Of a stretch of 64,000 nucleotides of DNA, positions 1 to 13,371 are shown piece after piece. The stretch lies in assembly GCF_009914755.1 (NCBI RefSeq), contig NC_060931.1; one strand, written 5' to 3'. The number at the start of each line of letters is the position of its first letter. Position 1 is the first letter of the stretch. Both the position numbers and the translations under genes were made by a program. The notes beneath the pieces are model-generated. The model was not told the origin of the DNA. It did no database searches and was given only the letters and a program-made list of their open reading frames with translations. The DNA is from the human T2T-CHM13v2.0 reference genome, Homo sapiens.

Positions 1-216
1 TCTTGCTGTGGAATTTTCAGGTGGAGATTTCAAGCGATTTGAGGACAATTGCAGAAAAGGAAATATCTTCGTATAATAACCAGACAGAATCATTCTCAGA
101 AAGTGCTTTGTGATGTGTGCGTTCAACTCACAGAGTTTAACCTTTCTTTTCATAGAGGAGTTTGGAAACACACTGTTTGTAAAGTCTGCAATTGGATATA
201 TGGACCTGTTTGAGGC

Positions 217-233
217 CTTCGTTGGAAACGGGA
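217..233 (+). promoter_or_regulatory. CENP-B box in M1 (canonical CTTCGTTGGAAACGGGA); representative of each HOR and polymorphic along the array
   Basis: Exact match to the 17-bp CENP-B box. Confidence 0.95.
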
Positions 234-556
234 TTTCTTCATTGAATGCTAGACGGAAGAATTCTCAGTAAATTCTTTGTGTTGTGTGCATTCAACTCAC
301 AGAGTGGAACGTCCCTTTAGACAGAGCAGATTTGAAACACTCTTTTTGCGGAATTTGCAAGTGGAGATTTCTAGCCATTTGATGCCAACAGTAGAAAGGG
401 AAATATCTTCAAATAAAAAGCAGACAGAATCATTCTCAGAAAATTCTTTGTGATGTGTGCGTTCAACTCACATAGTTTAACCGTTCTTTTCATAGAGCAG
501 TTTGGAAACACTCTGTTTGTAAAGTCTGCAAGTGGATATATGGACCGCATTGAGGC

Positions 557-573
557 CTTCGTTGGAAACGGGA
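557..573 (+). promoter_or_regulatory. CENP-B box in M3 (canonical); representative of each HOR
   Basis: Exact CTTCGTTGGAAACGGGA, 340 bp after the M1 box. Confidence 0.95.
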
Positions 574-896
574 TTTCTTCATTTCATGCTAGACAGAAGA
601 ATTCTCAGTAACTTCTTTGTGCTGTGTGTATTCAACTCACAGAGTGGAACGTCCCTTTGCACAGAGCAGATTTGAAACACTCTTTTTGTGGAGTTTGCAA
701 GTGGAGATTTCAAGCGATTTGATGCCAACAGTAGAAAAGGAAATATCTTCAAATAAAAACTAGACAGAATCATTCTCAGAAACTACTTTGTGATGTGTGC
801 CTTTAACTCACAGAGTTTAACCTTTCTTTTCTTAGAGCAGTTTAGAAACACTCTGCTTGTTATGTCTGCAAGTGGATATTTGGACCTCTTTGAGGC

Positions 897-913
897 CTTC
901 GTTGCAAACGGGG
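897..913 (+). promoter_or_regulatory. CENP-B box in M5 (variant CTTCGTTGCAAACGGGG, core intact); representative of each HOR
   Basis: Retains all nine core positions nTTCGnnnnAnnCGGGn. Confidence 0.88.
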
Positions 914-3900
914 TTTCTTCCTTTAATGCTAGACTAAGAAGAGTTCTCAGTAACTTTTTTGTGTTGTGTGTATTCAACTCACAGAGTTGAACCTTGCTTT
1001 AGAGAGAGCAGATTTGAAACACTCTCGCTGTGGAATTTTCAGGTGGAGATTTCAAGCGATTTGAGGACAATTGCAGAAAAGGAAATATCTTCGTATAATT
1101 ACCAGACAGAATCATTCTCAGAAAGTGCTTTGGGTTGTGTGCGTTCAACTCACAGAGTTTAACCTTTCTTTTCATAGAGGAGTTTGGAAACACACTGTTT
1201 GTAAAGTCTGCAATTGGATATATGGACCTGTTTGAGGCCTCCGTTGGAAACGGGATTTCTTCATTGAATGCTAGACGGAAGAATTCTCAGTAAATTCTTT
1301 GTGTTGTGTGCATTCAACTCACAGAGTGGAACGTCCCTTTAGACAGAGCAGATTTGAAACACTCTTTTTGCGGAATTTGCAAGTGGAGATTTCTAGCCAT
1401 TTGATGCCAACAGTAGAAAGGGAAATATCTTCAAATAAAAACCAGACAGAATCATTCTCAAAAAATTCTTTGTGATGTGTGCGTTCAACTCACATAGTTT
1501 AACCTTTCTTTTCATAGAGCAGTTTGGAAACACTCTGTTTGTAAAGTCTGCAAGTGGATATATGGACCGCATTGAGGCCTTCGTTGGAAACGGGATTTCT
1601 TCATTTCATGCTAGACAGAAGAATTCTCAGTAACTTCTTTGTGCTGCGTGTATTCAACTCACAGAGTGGAACGTCCCTTTGCACAGAGCAGATTTGAAAC
1701 ACTCTTTTTGTGGAGTTTGCAAGTGGAGATTTCAAGCGATTTGATGCCAACAGTAGAAAAGGAAATATCTTCAAATAAAAACTAGACAGAATCATTCTCA
1801 GAAACTACTTTGTGATGTGTGCCTTCAACTCACAGAGTTTAACCTTTCTTTTCTTAGAGCAGTTTAGAAACACTCTGCTTGTTATGTCTGCAAGTGGATA
1901 TTTGGACCTCTTTGAGGCCTTCGTTGCAAACGGGGTTTCTTCCTTTAATGCTAGACTAAGAAGAGTTCTCAGTAACTTTTTTGTGTTGTGTGTATTCAAC
2001 TCACAGAGTTGAACCATGCTTTAGAGAGAGCAGATTTGAAACACTCTTGCTGTGGAATTTTCAGGTGGAGATTTCAAGCGATTTGAGGACAATTGCAGAA
2101 AAGGAAATATCTTCGTATAATAACCAGACAGAATCATTCTCAGAAAGTGCTTTGTGATGTGTGCGTTCAACTCACAGAGTTTAACCTTTCTTTTCATAGA
2201 GGAGCTTGGAAACACACTGTTTGTAAAGTCTGCAATTGGATATACAGACCTGTTTGAGGCCTCCGTTGGAAACGGGATTTCTTCATTGAATGCTAGACGG
2301 AAGAATTCTCAGTAAATTCTTTGTGTTGTGTGCATTGAACTCACAGAGTGGAACGTCCCTTTAGACAGAGCAGATTTGAAACACTCTTTTTGCGGAATTT
2401 GCAAGTGGAGATTTCTAGCCATTTGATGTCAACAGTAGAAAGGGAAATATCTTCAAATAAAAACCAGACAGAATCATTCTCAGAAAATTCTTTGTGATGT
2501 GTGCGTTCAACTCACATAGTTTAACCTTTCTTTTCATAGAGCAGTTTGGAAACACTCTGTTTGTAAAGTCTGCAAGTGGATATATGGACCGCATTGAGGC
2601 CTTCGTTGGAAACGGGATTTCTTCATTTCATGCTAGACAGAAGAATTCTCAGTAACTTCTTTGTGCTGTGTGTATTCAACTCACAGAGTGGAACGTCCCT
2701 TTGCACAGAGCAGATTTGAAACACTCTTTTTGTGGAGTTTGCAAGTGGAGATTTCAAGCGATTTGATGCCAACAGTAGAAAAGGAAATATCTTCAAATAA
2801 AAACTAGACAGAATCATTCTCAGAAACTACTTTGTGATGTGTGCCTTCAACTCACAGAGTTTAACCTTTCTTTTCTTAGAGCAGTTTAGAAACACTCTGC
2901 TTGTTATGTCTGCAAGTGGATATTTGGACCTCTTTGAGGCCTTCGTTGCAAACGGGGTTTCTTCCTTTCATGCTAGACTAAGAAGAGTTCTCAGTAACTT
3001 TTTTGTGTTGTGTGTATTCAACTCACAGAGTTGAACCTTGCTTTAGAGAGAGCAGATTTGAAACACTCTTGCTGTGGCATTTTCAGGTGGAGATTTCAAG
3101 CGATTTGAGGACAATTGCAGAAAAGGAAATATCTTCGTATAATAACCAGACAGAATCATTCTCAGAAAGTGCTTTGTGATGTGTGCGTTCAACTCACAGA
3201 GTTTAACCTTTCTTTTCATAGAGGAGTTTGGAAACACACTGTTTGTAAAGTCTGCAATTGGATATATGGACCTGTTTGAGGCCTTCGTTGGAAACGGGAT
3301 TTCTTCATTGAATGCTAGACGGAAGAATTCTCAGTAAATTCTTTGTGTTGTGTGCATTCAACTCACAGAGTGGAACGTCCCTTTAGACAGAGCAGATTTG
3401 AAACACTTTTTGGCGGAATTTGCAAGTGGAGATTTCTAGCCATTTGATGCCAACAGTAGAAAGGGAAATATCTTCAAATAAAAAGCAGACAGAATCATTC
3501 TCAGAAAATTCTTTGTGATGTGTGCGTTCAACTCACATAGTTTAACCGTTCTTTTCATAGAGCAGTTTGGAAACACTCTGTTTGTAAAGTCTGCAAGTGG
3601 ATATATGGACCGCATTGAGGCCTTCGTTGGAAACGGGATTTCTTCATTTCATGCTAGACAGAAGAATTCTCAGTAACTTCTTTGTGCTGTGTGTATTCAA
3701 CTCACAGAGTGGAACGTCCCTTTGCACAGAGCAGATTTGAAACACTCTTTTTGTGGAGTTTGCAAGTGGAGATTTCAAGCGATTTGATGCCAACAGTAGA
3801 AAAGGAAATATCTTCAAATAAAAACTAGACAGAATCATTCTCAGAAACTACTTTGTGATGTGTGCCTTTAACTCACAGAGTTTAACCTTTCTTTTCTTAG

Positions 3901-6900
3901 AGCAGTTTAGAAACACTCTGCTTGTTATGTCTGCAAGTGGATATTTGGACCTCTTTGAGGCCTTCGTTGCAAACGGGGTTTCTTCCTTTAATGCTAGACT
4001 AAGAAGAGTTCTCAGTAACTTTTTTGTGTTGTGTGTATTCAACTCACAGAGTTGAACCTTGCTTTAGAGAGGGCAGATTTGAAACACTCTCGCTGTGGAA
4101 TTTTCAGGTGGAGATTTCAAGCGATTTGAGGACAATTGCAGAAAAGGAAATATCTTCGTATAATTACCAGACAGAATCATTCTCAGAAAGTGCTTTGGGT
4201 TGTGTGCGTTCAACTCACAGAGTTTAACCTTTCTTTTCATAGAGGAGTTTGGAAACACACTGTTTGTAAAGTCTGCAATTGGATATATGGACCTGTTTGA
4301 GGCCTCCGTTGGAAACGGGATTTCTTCATTGAATGCTAGACGGAAGAATTCTCAGTAAATTCTTTGTGTTGTGTGCATTCAACTCACAGAGTGGAACGTC
4401 CCTTTAGACAGAGCAGATTTGAAACACTCTTTTTGCGGAATTTGCAAGTGGAGATTTCTAGCCATTTGATGCCAACAGTAGAAAGGGAAATATCTTCAAA
4501 TAAAAACCAGACAGAATCATTCTCAAAAAATTCTTTGTGATGTGTGCGTTCAACTCACATAGTTTAACCTTTCTTTTCATAGAGCAGTTTGGAAACACTC
4601 TGTTTGTAAAGTCTGCAAGTGGATATATGGACCGCATTGAGGCCTTCGTTGGAAACGGGATTTCTTCATTTCATGCTAGACAGAAGAATTCTCAGTAACT
4701 TCTTTGTGCTGCGTGTATTCAACTCACAGAGTGGAACGTCCCTTTGCACAGAGCAGATTTGAAACACTCTTTTTGTGGAGTTTGCAAGTGGAGATTTCAA
4801 GCGATTTGTTGCCAACAGTAGAAAAGGAAATATCTTCAAATAAAAACTAGACAGAATCATTCTCAGAAACTACTTTGTGATGTGTGCCTTCAACTCACAG
4901 AGTTTAACCTTTCTTTTCTTAGAGCAGTTTAGAAACACTCTGCTTGTTATGTCTGCAAGTGGATATTTGGACCTCTTTGAGGCCTTCGTTGCAAACGGGG
5001 TTTCTTCCTTTAATGCTAGACAAAGAAGAGTTCTCAGTAACTTTTTTGTGTTGTGTGTATTCAACTCACAGAGTTGAACCATGCTTTAGAGAGAGCAGAT
5101 TTGAAACACTCTTGCTGTGGAATTTTCAGGTGGAGATTTCAAGCGATTTGAGGACAATTGCAGAAAAGGAAATATCTTCGTATAATAACCAGACAGAATC
5201 ATTCTCAGAAAGTGCTTCGTGATGTGTGCGTTCAACTCACAGAGTTTAACCTTTCTTTTCATAGAGGAGCTTGGAAACACACTGTTTCTAAAGTCTGCAA
5301 TTGGATATACAGACCTGTTTGAGGCCTCCGTTGGAAACGGGATTTCTTCATTGAATGCTAGACGGAAGAATTCTCAGTAAATTCTTTGTGTTGTGTGCAT
5401 TCAACTCACAGAGTGGAACGTCCCTTTAGACAGAGCAGATTTGAAACACTCTTTTTGCGGAATTTGCAAGTGGAGATTTCTAGCCATTTGATGTCAACAG
5501 TAGAAAGGGAAATATCTTCAAATAAAAACCAGACAGAATCATTCTCAGAAAATTCTTTGTGATGTGTGCGTTCAACTCACATAGTTTAACCTTTCTTTTC
5601 ATAGAGCAGTTTGGAAACACTCTGTTTGTAAAGTCTGCAAGTGGATATATGGACCGCATTGAGGCCTTCGTTGGAAACGGGATTTCTTCATTTCATGCTA
5701 GACAGAAGAATTCTCAGTAACTTCTTTGTGCTGTGTGTATTCAACTCACAGAGTGGAACGTCCCTTTGCACAGAGCAGATTTGAAACACTCTTTTTGTGG
5801 AGTTTGCAAGTGGAGATTTCAAGCGATTTGATGCCAACAGTAGAAAAGGAAATATCTTCAAATAAAAACTAGACAGAATCATTCTCAGAAACTACTTTGT
5901 GATGTGTGCCTTCAACTCACAGAGTTTAACCTTTCTTTTCTTAGAGCAGTTTAGAAACACTCTGCTTGTTATGTCTGCAAGTGGATATTTGGACCTCTTT
6001 GAGGCCTTCGTTGCAAACGGGGTTTCTTCCTTTAATGCTAGACTAAGAAGAGTTCTCAGTAACTTTTTTGTGTTGTGTGTATTCAACTCACAGAGTTGAA
6101 CCTTGCTTTAGAGAGAGCAGATTTGAAACACTCTTGCTGTGGCATTTTCAGGTGGAGATTTCAAGCGATTTGAGGACAATTGCAGAAAAGGAAATATCTT
6201 CGTATAATAACCAGACAGAATCATTCTCAGAAAGTGCTTTGTGATGTGTGCGTTCAACTCACAGAGTTTAACCTTTCTTTTCATAGAGGAGTTTGGAAAC
6301 ACACTGTTTGTAAAGTCTGCAATTGGATATATGGACCTGTTTGAGGCCTTCGTTGGAAACGGGATTTCTTCATTGAATGCTAGACGGAAGAATTCTCAGT
6401 AAATTCTTTGTGTTGTGTGCATTCAACTCACAGAGTGGAACGTCCCTTTAGACAGAGCAGATTTGAAACACTTTTTGGCGGAATTTGCAAGTGGAGATTT
6501 CTAGCCATTTGATGCCAACAGTAGAAAGGGAAATATCTTCAAATAAAAAGCAGACAGAATCATTCTCAGAAAATTCTTTGTGATGTGTGCGTTCAACTCA
6601 CATAGTTTAACCGTTCTTTTCATAGAGCAGTTTGGAAACACTCTGTTTGTAAAGTCTGCAAGTGGATATATGGACCGCATTGAGGCCTTCGTTGGAAACG
6701 GGATTTCTTCATTTCATGCTAGACAGAAGAATTCTCAGTAACTTCTTTGTGCTGTGTGTATTCAACTCACAGAGTGGAACGTCCCTTTGCACAGAGCAGA
6801 TTTGAAACACTCTTTTTGTGGAGTTTGCAAGTGGAGATTTCAAGCGATTTGATGCCAACAGTAGAAAAGGAAATATCTTCAAATAAAAACTAGACAGAAT

Positions 6901-9900
6901 CATTCTCAGAAACTACTTTGTGATGTGTGCCTTTAACTCACAGAGTTTAACCTTTCTTTTCTTAGAGCAGTTTAGAAACACTCTGCTTGTTATGTCTGCA
7001 AGTGGATATTTGGACCTCTTTGAGGCCTTCGTTGCAAACGGGGTTTCTTCCTTTAATGCTAGACTAAGAAAAGTTCTCAGTAACTTTTTTGTGTTGTGTG
7101 TATTCAACTCACAGAGTTGAACCTTGCTTTAGAGAGAGCAGATTTGAAACACTCTCGCTGTGGAATTTTCAGGTGGAGATTTCAAGCGATTTGAGGACAA
7201 TTGCAAAAAAGGAAATATCTTCGTATAATTACCAGACAGAATCATTCTCAGAAAGTGCTTTGGGTTGTGTGCGTTCAACTCACAGAGTTTAACCTTTCTT
7301 TTCATAGAGGAGTTTGGAAACACACTGTTTGTAAAGTCTGCAATTGGATATATGCACCTGTTTGAGGCCTCCGTTGGAAACGGGATTTCTTCATTGAATG
7401 CTAGACGGAAGAATTCTCAGTAAATTCTTTGTGTTGTGTGCATTCAACTCACAGAGTGGAACGTCCCTTTAGACAGAGCAGATTTGAAACACTCTTTTTG
7501 CGGAATTTGCAAGTGGAGATTTCTAGCCATTTGATGCCAACAGTAGAAAGGGAAATATCTTCAAATAAAAACCAGACAGAATCATTCTCAGAAAATTCTT
7601 TGTGATGTGTGCGTTCAACTCACATAGTTTAACCTTTCTTTTCATAGAGCAGTTTGGAAACACTCTGTTTGTAAAGTCTGCAAGTGGATATATGGACCGC
7701 ATTGAGGCCTTCGTTGGAAACGGGATTTCTTCATTTCATGCTAGACAGAAGAATTCTCAGTAACTTCTTTGTGCTGCGTGTATTCAACTCACAGAGTGGA
7801 ACGTCCCTTTGCACAGAGCAGATTTGAAACACTCTTTTTGTGGAGTTTGCAAGTGGAGATTTCAAGCGATTTGATGCCAACAGTAGAAAAGGAAATATCT
7901 TCAAATAAAAACTAGACAGAATCATTCTCAGAAACTACTTTGTGATGTGTGCCTTCAACTCACAGAGTTTAACCTTTCTTTTCTTAGAGCAGTTTAGAAA
8001 CACTCTGCTTGTTATGTCTGCAAGTGGATATTTGGACCTCTTTGAGGCCTTCGTTGCAAACGGGGTTTCTTCCTTTCATGCTAGACTAAGAAGAGTTCTC
8101 AGTAACTTTTTTGTGTTGTGTGTATTCAACTCACAGAGTTGAACCATGCTTTAGAGAGAGCAGATTTGAAACACTCTTGCTGTGGCATTTTCAGGTGGAG
8201 ATTTCAAGCGATTTGAGGACAATTGCAGAAAAGGAAATATCTTCGTATAATAACCAGACAGAATCATTCTCAGAAAGTGCTTTGTGATGTGTGCGTTCAA
8301 CTCACAGAGTTTAACCTTTCTTTTCATAGAGGAGCTTGGAAACACACTGTTTGTAAAGTCTGCAATTGGATATACAGACCTGTTTGAGGCCTCCGTTGGA
8401 AACGGGATTTCTTCATTGAATGCTAGACGGAAGAATTCTCAGTAAATTCTTTGTGTTGTGTGCATTCAACTCACAGAGTGGAACGTCCCTTTAGACAGAG
8501 CAGATTTGAAACACTCTTTTTGCGGAATTTGCAAGTGGAGATTTCTAGCCATTTGATGTCAACAGTAGAAAGGGAAATATCTTCAAATAAAAACCAGACA
8601 GAATCATTCTCAGAAAATTCTTTGTGATGTGTGCGTTCAACTCACATAGTTTAACCTTTCTTTTCATAGAGCAGTTTGGAAACACTCTGTTTGTAAAGTC
8701 TGCAAGTGGATATATGGACCGCATTGAGGCCTTCGTTGGAAAAGGGATTTCTTCATTTCATGCTAGACAGAAGAATTCTCAGTAACTTCTTTGTGCTGTG
8801 TGTATTCAACTCACAGAGTGGAACGTCCCTTTGCACAGAGCAGATTTGAAACACTCTTTTTGTGGAGTTTGCAAGTGGAGATTTCAAGCGATTTGATGCC
8901 AACAGTAGAAAAGGAAATATCTTCAAATAAAAACTAGACAGAATCATTCTCAGAAACTACTTTGTGATGTGTGCCTTCAACTCACAGAGTTTAACCTTTC
9001 TTTTCTTAGAGCAGTTTAGAAACACTCTGCTTGTTATGTCTGCAAGTGGATATTTGGACCTCTTTGAGGCCTTCGTTGCAAACGGGGTTTCTTCCTTTCA
9101 TGCTAGACTAAGAAGAGTTCTCAGTAACTTTTTTGTGTTGTGTGTATTCAACTCACAGAGTTGAACCTTGCTTTAGAGAGAGCAGATTTGAAACACTCTT
9201 GCTGTGGCATTTTCAGGTGGAGATTTCAAGCGATTTGAGGACAATTGCAGAAAAGGAAATATCTTCGTATAATAACCAGACAGAATCATTCTCAGAAAGT
9301 GCTTTGTGATGTGTGCGTTCAACTCACAGAGTTTAACCTTTCTTTTCATAGAGGAGTTTGGAAACACACTGTTTGTAATGTCTGCAATTGGATATATGGA
9401 CCTGTTTGAGGCCTTCGTTGGAAACGGGATTTCTTCATTGAATGCTAGACGGAAGAATTCTCAGTAAATTCTTTGTGTTGTGTGCATTCAACTCACAGAG
9501 TGGAACGTCCCTTTAGACAGAGCAGATTTGAAACACTTTTTGGCGGAATTTGCAAGTGGAGATTTCTAGCCATTTGATGCCAACAGTAGAAAGGGAAATA
9601 TCTTCAAATAAAAACCAGACAGAATCATTCTCAGAAAATTCTTTGTGATGTGTGCGTTCAACTCACATAGTTTAACCTTTCTTTTCATAGAGCAGTTTGG
9701 AAACACTCTGTTTGTAAAGTCTGCAAGTGGATATATGGACCGCATTGAGGCCTTCGTTGGAAACGGGATTTCTTCATTTCATGCTAGACAGAAGAATTCT
9801 CAGTAACTTCTTTGTGCTGTGTGTATTCAACTCACAGTGGAACGTCCCTTTACACAGAGCAGATTTGAAACACTCTTTTTGTGGAGTTTGCAAGTGGAGA

Positions 9901-12900
9901 TTTCAAGCGATTTGATGCCAACAGTAGAAAAGGAAATATCTTCAAATAAAAACTAGACAGAATCATTCTCAGAAACTACTTTGTGATGTGTGCCTTCAAC
10001 TCACAGAGTTTAACCTTTCTTTTCTTAGAGCAGTTTAGAAACACTCTGCTTGTTATGTCTGCAAGTGGATATTTGGACCTCTTTGAGGCCTTCGTTGCAA
10101 ACGGGGTTTCTTCCTTTCATGCTAGACTAAGAAGAGTTCTCAGTAACTTTTTTGTGTTGTGTGTATTCAACTCACAGAGTTGAACCTTGCTTTAGAGAGA
10201 GCAGATTTGAAACACTCTTGCTGTGGCATTTTCAGGTGGAGATTTCAAGCGATTTGAGGACAATTGCAGAAAAGGAAATTTCTTCGTATAATAACCAGAC
10301 AGAATCATTCTCAGAAAGTGCTTTGTGATGTGTGCGTTCAACTCACAGAGTTTAACCTTTCTTTTCATAGAGGAGTTTGGAAACACACTGTTTGTAAAGT
10401 CTGCAATTGGATATATGGACCTGTTTGAGGCCTTCGTTTGAAACGGGATTTCTTCATTGAATGCTAGACGGAAGAATTCTCAGTAAATTCTTTGTGTTGT
10501 GTGCATTCAACTCACAGAGTGGAACGTCCCTTTAGACAGAGCAGATTTGAAACACTCTTTTTGCGGAATTTGCAAGTGGAGATTTCTAGCCATTTGATGC
10601 CAACAGTAGAAAGGGAAATATCTTCAAATAAAAACCAGACAGAATCATTCTCAGAAAATTCTTTGTGATGTGTGCGTTCAACTCACATAGTTTAACCTTT
10701 CTTTTCATAGAGCAGTTTGGAAACACTCTGTTTGTAGAGTCTGCAAGTGGATATATGGACCGCATTGAGGCCTTCGTTGGAAACGGGATTTCTTCATTTC
10801 ATGCTAGACAGAAGAATTCTCAGTAACTTCTTTGTGCTGTGTGTATTCAACTCACAGAGTGGAACGTCCCTTTGCACAGAGCAGATTTGAAACACTCTTT
10901 TTGTGGAGTTTGCAAGTGGAGATTTCAAGCGATTTGATGCCAACAGTAGAAAAGGAAATATCTTCAAATAAAAACTAGACAGAATCATTCTCAGAAACTA
11001 CTTTGTGATGTGTGCCTTCAACTCACAGAGTTTAACCTTTCTTTTCTTAGAGCAGTTTAGAAACACTCTGCTTGTTATGTCTGCAAGTGGATATTTGGAC
11101 CTCTTTGAGGCCTTCGTTGCAAACGGGGTTTCTTCCTTTAATGCTAGACTAAGAACAGTTCTCAGTAACTTTTTTGTGTTGTGTGTATTCAACTCACAGA
11201 GTTGAACCTTGCTTTAGAGAGAGCAGATTTGAAACACTCTCGCTGTGGAATTTTCAGGTGGAGATTTCAAGCGATTTGAGGACAATTGCAGAAAAGGAAA
11301 TATCTTCGTATAATAACCAGACAGAATCATTCTCAGAAAGTGCTTTGTGATGTGTGCGTTCAACTCACAGAGTTTAACCTTTCTTTTCATAGAGGAGTTT
11401 GGAAACACACTGTTTGTAAAGTCTGCAATTGGATATATGGACCTGTTTGAGGCCTTCGTTGGAAACGGGATTTCTTCATTGAATGCTAGACGGAAGAATT
11501 CTCAGTAAATTCTTTGTGTTGTGTGCATTGAACTCACAGAGTGGAACGTCCCTTTAGACAGAGCAGATTTGAAACACTCTTTTTGCGGAATTTGCAAGTG
11601 GAGATTTCTAGCCATTTGATGCCAACAGTAGAAAGGGAAATATCTTCAAATAAAAACCAGACAGAATCATTCTCAGAAAATTCTTTGTGATGTGTGCGTT
11701 CAACTCACATAGTTTAACCTTTCTTTTCATAGAGCAGTTTGGAAACACTCTGTTTGTAGAGTCTGCAAGTGGATATATGGACCGCATTGAGGCCTTCGTT
11801 GGAAACGGGATTTCTTCATTTCATGCTAGACAGAAGAATTCTCAGTAACTTCTTTGTGCTGTGTGTATTCAACTCACAGAGTGGAACGTCCCTTTGCACA
11901 GAGCAGATTTGAAACACTCTTTTTGTGGAGTTTGCAAGTGGAGATTTCAAGCGATTTGATGCCAACAGTAGAAAAGGAAATATCTTCAAATAAAAACTAG
12001 ACAGAATCATTCTCAGGAACTACTTTGTGATGTGTGCCTTCAACTCACAGAGTTTAACCTTTCTTTTCTTAGAGCAGTTTAGAAACACTCTGCTTGTTAT
12101 GTCTGCAAGTGGATATTTGGACCTCTTTGAGGCCTTCGTTGCAAACGGGGTTTCTTCCTTTAATGCTAGACTAAGAAGAGTTCTCAGTAACTTTTTTGTG
12201 TTGTGTGTATTCAACTCACAGAGTTGAACCTTGCTTTAGAGAGAGCAGATTTGAAACACTCTTGCTGTGGCATTTTCAGGTGGAGATTTCAAGCGATTTG
12301 AGGACAATTGCAGAAACGGAAATATCTTCGTATAATAACCAGACAGAATCATTCTCAGAAAGTGCTTTGTGATGTGTGCGTTCAACTCACAGAGTTTAAC
12401 CTTTCTTTTCATAGAGGAGTTTGGAAACACACTGTTTGTAAAGTCTGCAATTGGATATATGGACCTGTTTGAGGCCTTCGTTGGAAACGGGATTTCTTCA
12501 TTGAATGCTAGACGGAAGAATTCTCAGTAAATTCTTTGTGTTGTGTGCATTCAACTCACAGAGTGGAACGTCCCTTTAGACAGAGCAGATTTGAAACACT
12601 CTTTTTGCGGAATTTGCAAGTGGAGATTTCTAGCCATTTGATGCCAACAGTAGAAAGGGAAATATCTTCAAATAAAAACCAGACAGAATCATTCTCAGAA
12701 AATTCTTTGTGATGTGTGCGTTCAACTCACATAGTTTAACCTTTCTTTTCATAGAGCAGTTTGGAAACACTCTGTTTGTAAAGTCTGCAAGTGGATATAT
12801 GGACCGCATTGAGGCCTTCGTTGGAAACGGGATTTCTTCATTTCATGCTAGACAGAAGAATTCTCAGTAACTTCTTTGTGCTGTGTGTATTCAACTCACA

Positions 12901-13371
12901 GAGTGGAACGTCCCTTTGCACAGAGCAGATTTGAAACACTCTTTTTGTGGAGTTTGCAAGTGGAGATTTCAAGCGATTTGATGCCAACAGTAGAAAAGGA
13001 AATATCTTCAAATAAAAACTAGACAGAATCATTCTCAGAAACTACTTTGTGATGTGTGCCTTCAACTCACAGAGTTTAACCTTTCTTTTCTTAGAGCAGT
13101 TTAGAAACACTCTGCTTGTTATGTCTGCAAGTGGATATTTGGACCTCTTTGAGGCCTTCGTTGCAAACGGGGTTTCTTCCTTTAATGCTAGACTAAGAAG
13201 AGTTCTCAGTAACTTTTTTGTGTTGTGTGTATTCAACTCACAGAGTTGAACCTTGCTTTAGAGAGAGCAGATTTGAAACACTCTTGCTGTGGCATTTTCA
13301 GGTGGAGATTTCAAGCGATTTGAGGACAATTGCAGAAAAGGAAATATCTTCGTATAATAACCAGACAGAAT

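Larger units (their letters stand above)
91..1112 (+). repeat. Representative canonical 6-mer HOR: M1 91-259 (169 bp), M2 260-430 (171), M3 431-599 (169), M4 600-770 (171), M5 771-941 (171), M6 942-1112 (171); numbering is my own
   Basis: CATTCTCAGAAAGTGC recurs at 91 and 1113. The three dimers are 340+340+342 bp. M1/M3/M5 carry CENP-B boxes (B type); M2/M4/M6 carry the A-type ...AGAAA(A/G)GGAAATATCTT motif. Confidence 0.93.
400..9595 (+). repeat. Three tandem copies of a 3-HOR block (period 3065 bp); third copy mosaic; boundaries approximate
   Basis: AAAAGCAGAC at ~420/3485/6550; AACCGTTC at ~483/3548/6613; TAATTACC plus TGGGTTGTG at ~1100-1135/4165-4200/7230-7265; ACACTTTTTGGCGG (net -1 bp) at ~3405/6470/9537. 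Confidence 0.85.

Noticed and set aside
40-270. Short palindromes (CAATTG, GAATCATTC, AGAATTCT, AGGCCT) as cruciform or terminator elements
   Set aside because: They are only 6-9 bp, are ordinary in alpha satellite, and are too short to call a structure without folding or experimental data.
380-410. pJ-alpha binding site in A-type monomers
   Set aside because: The position is right, but the sequence (CCAACAGTAGAAAGGGAA) is degenerate relative to the motif as I recall it; binding cannot be supported.
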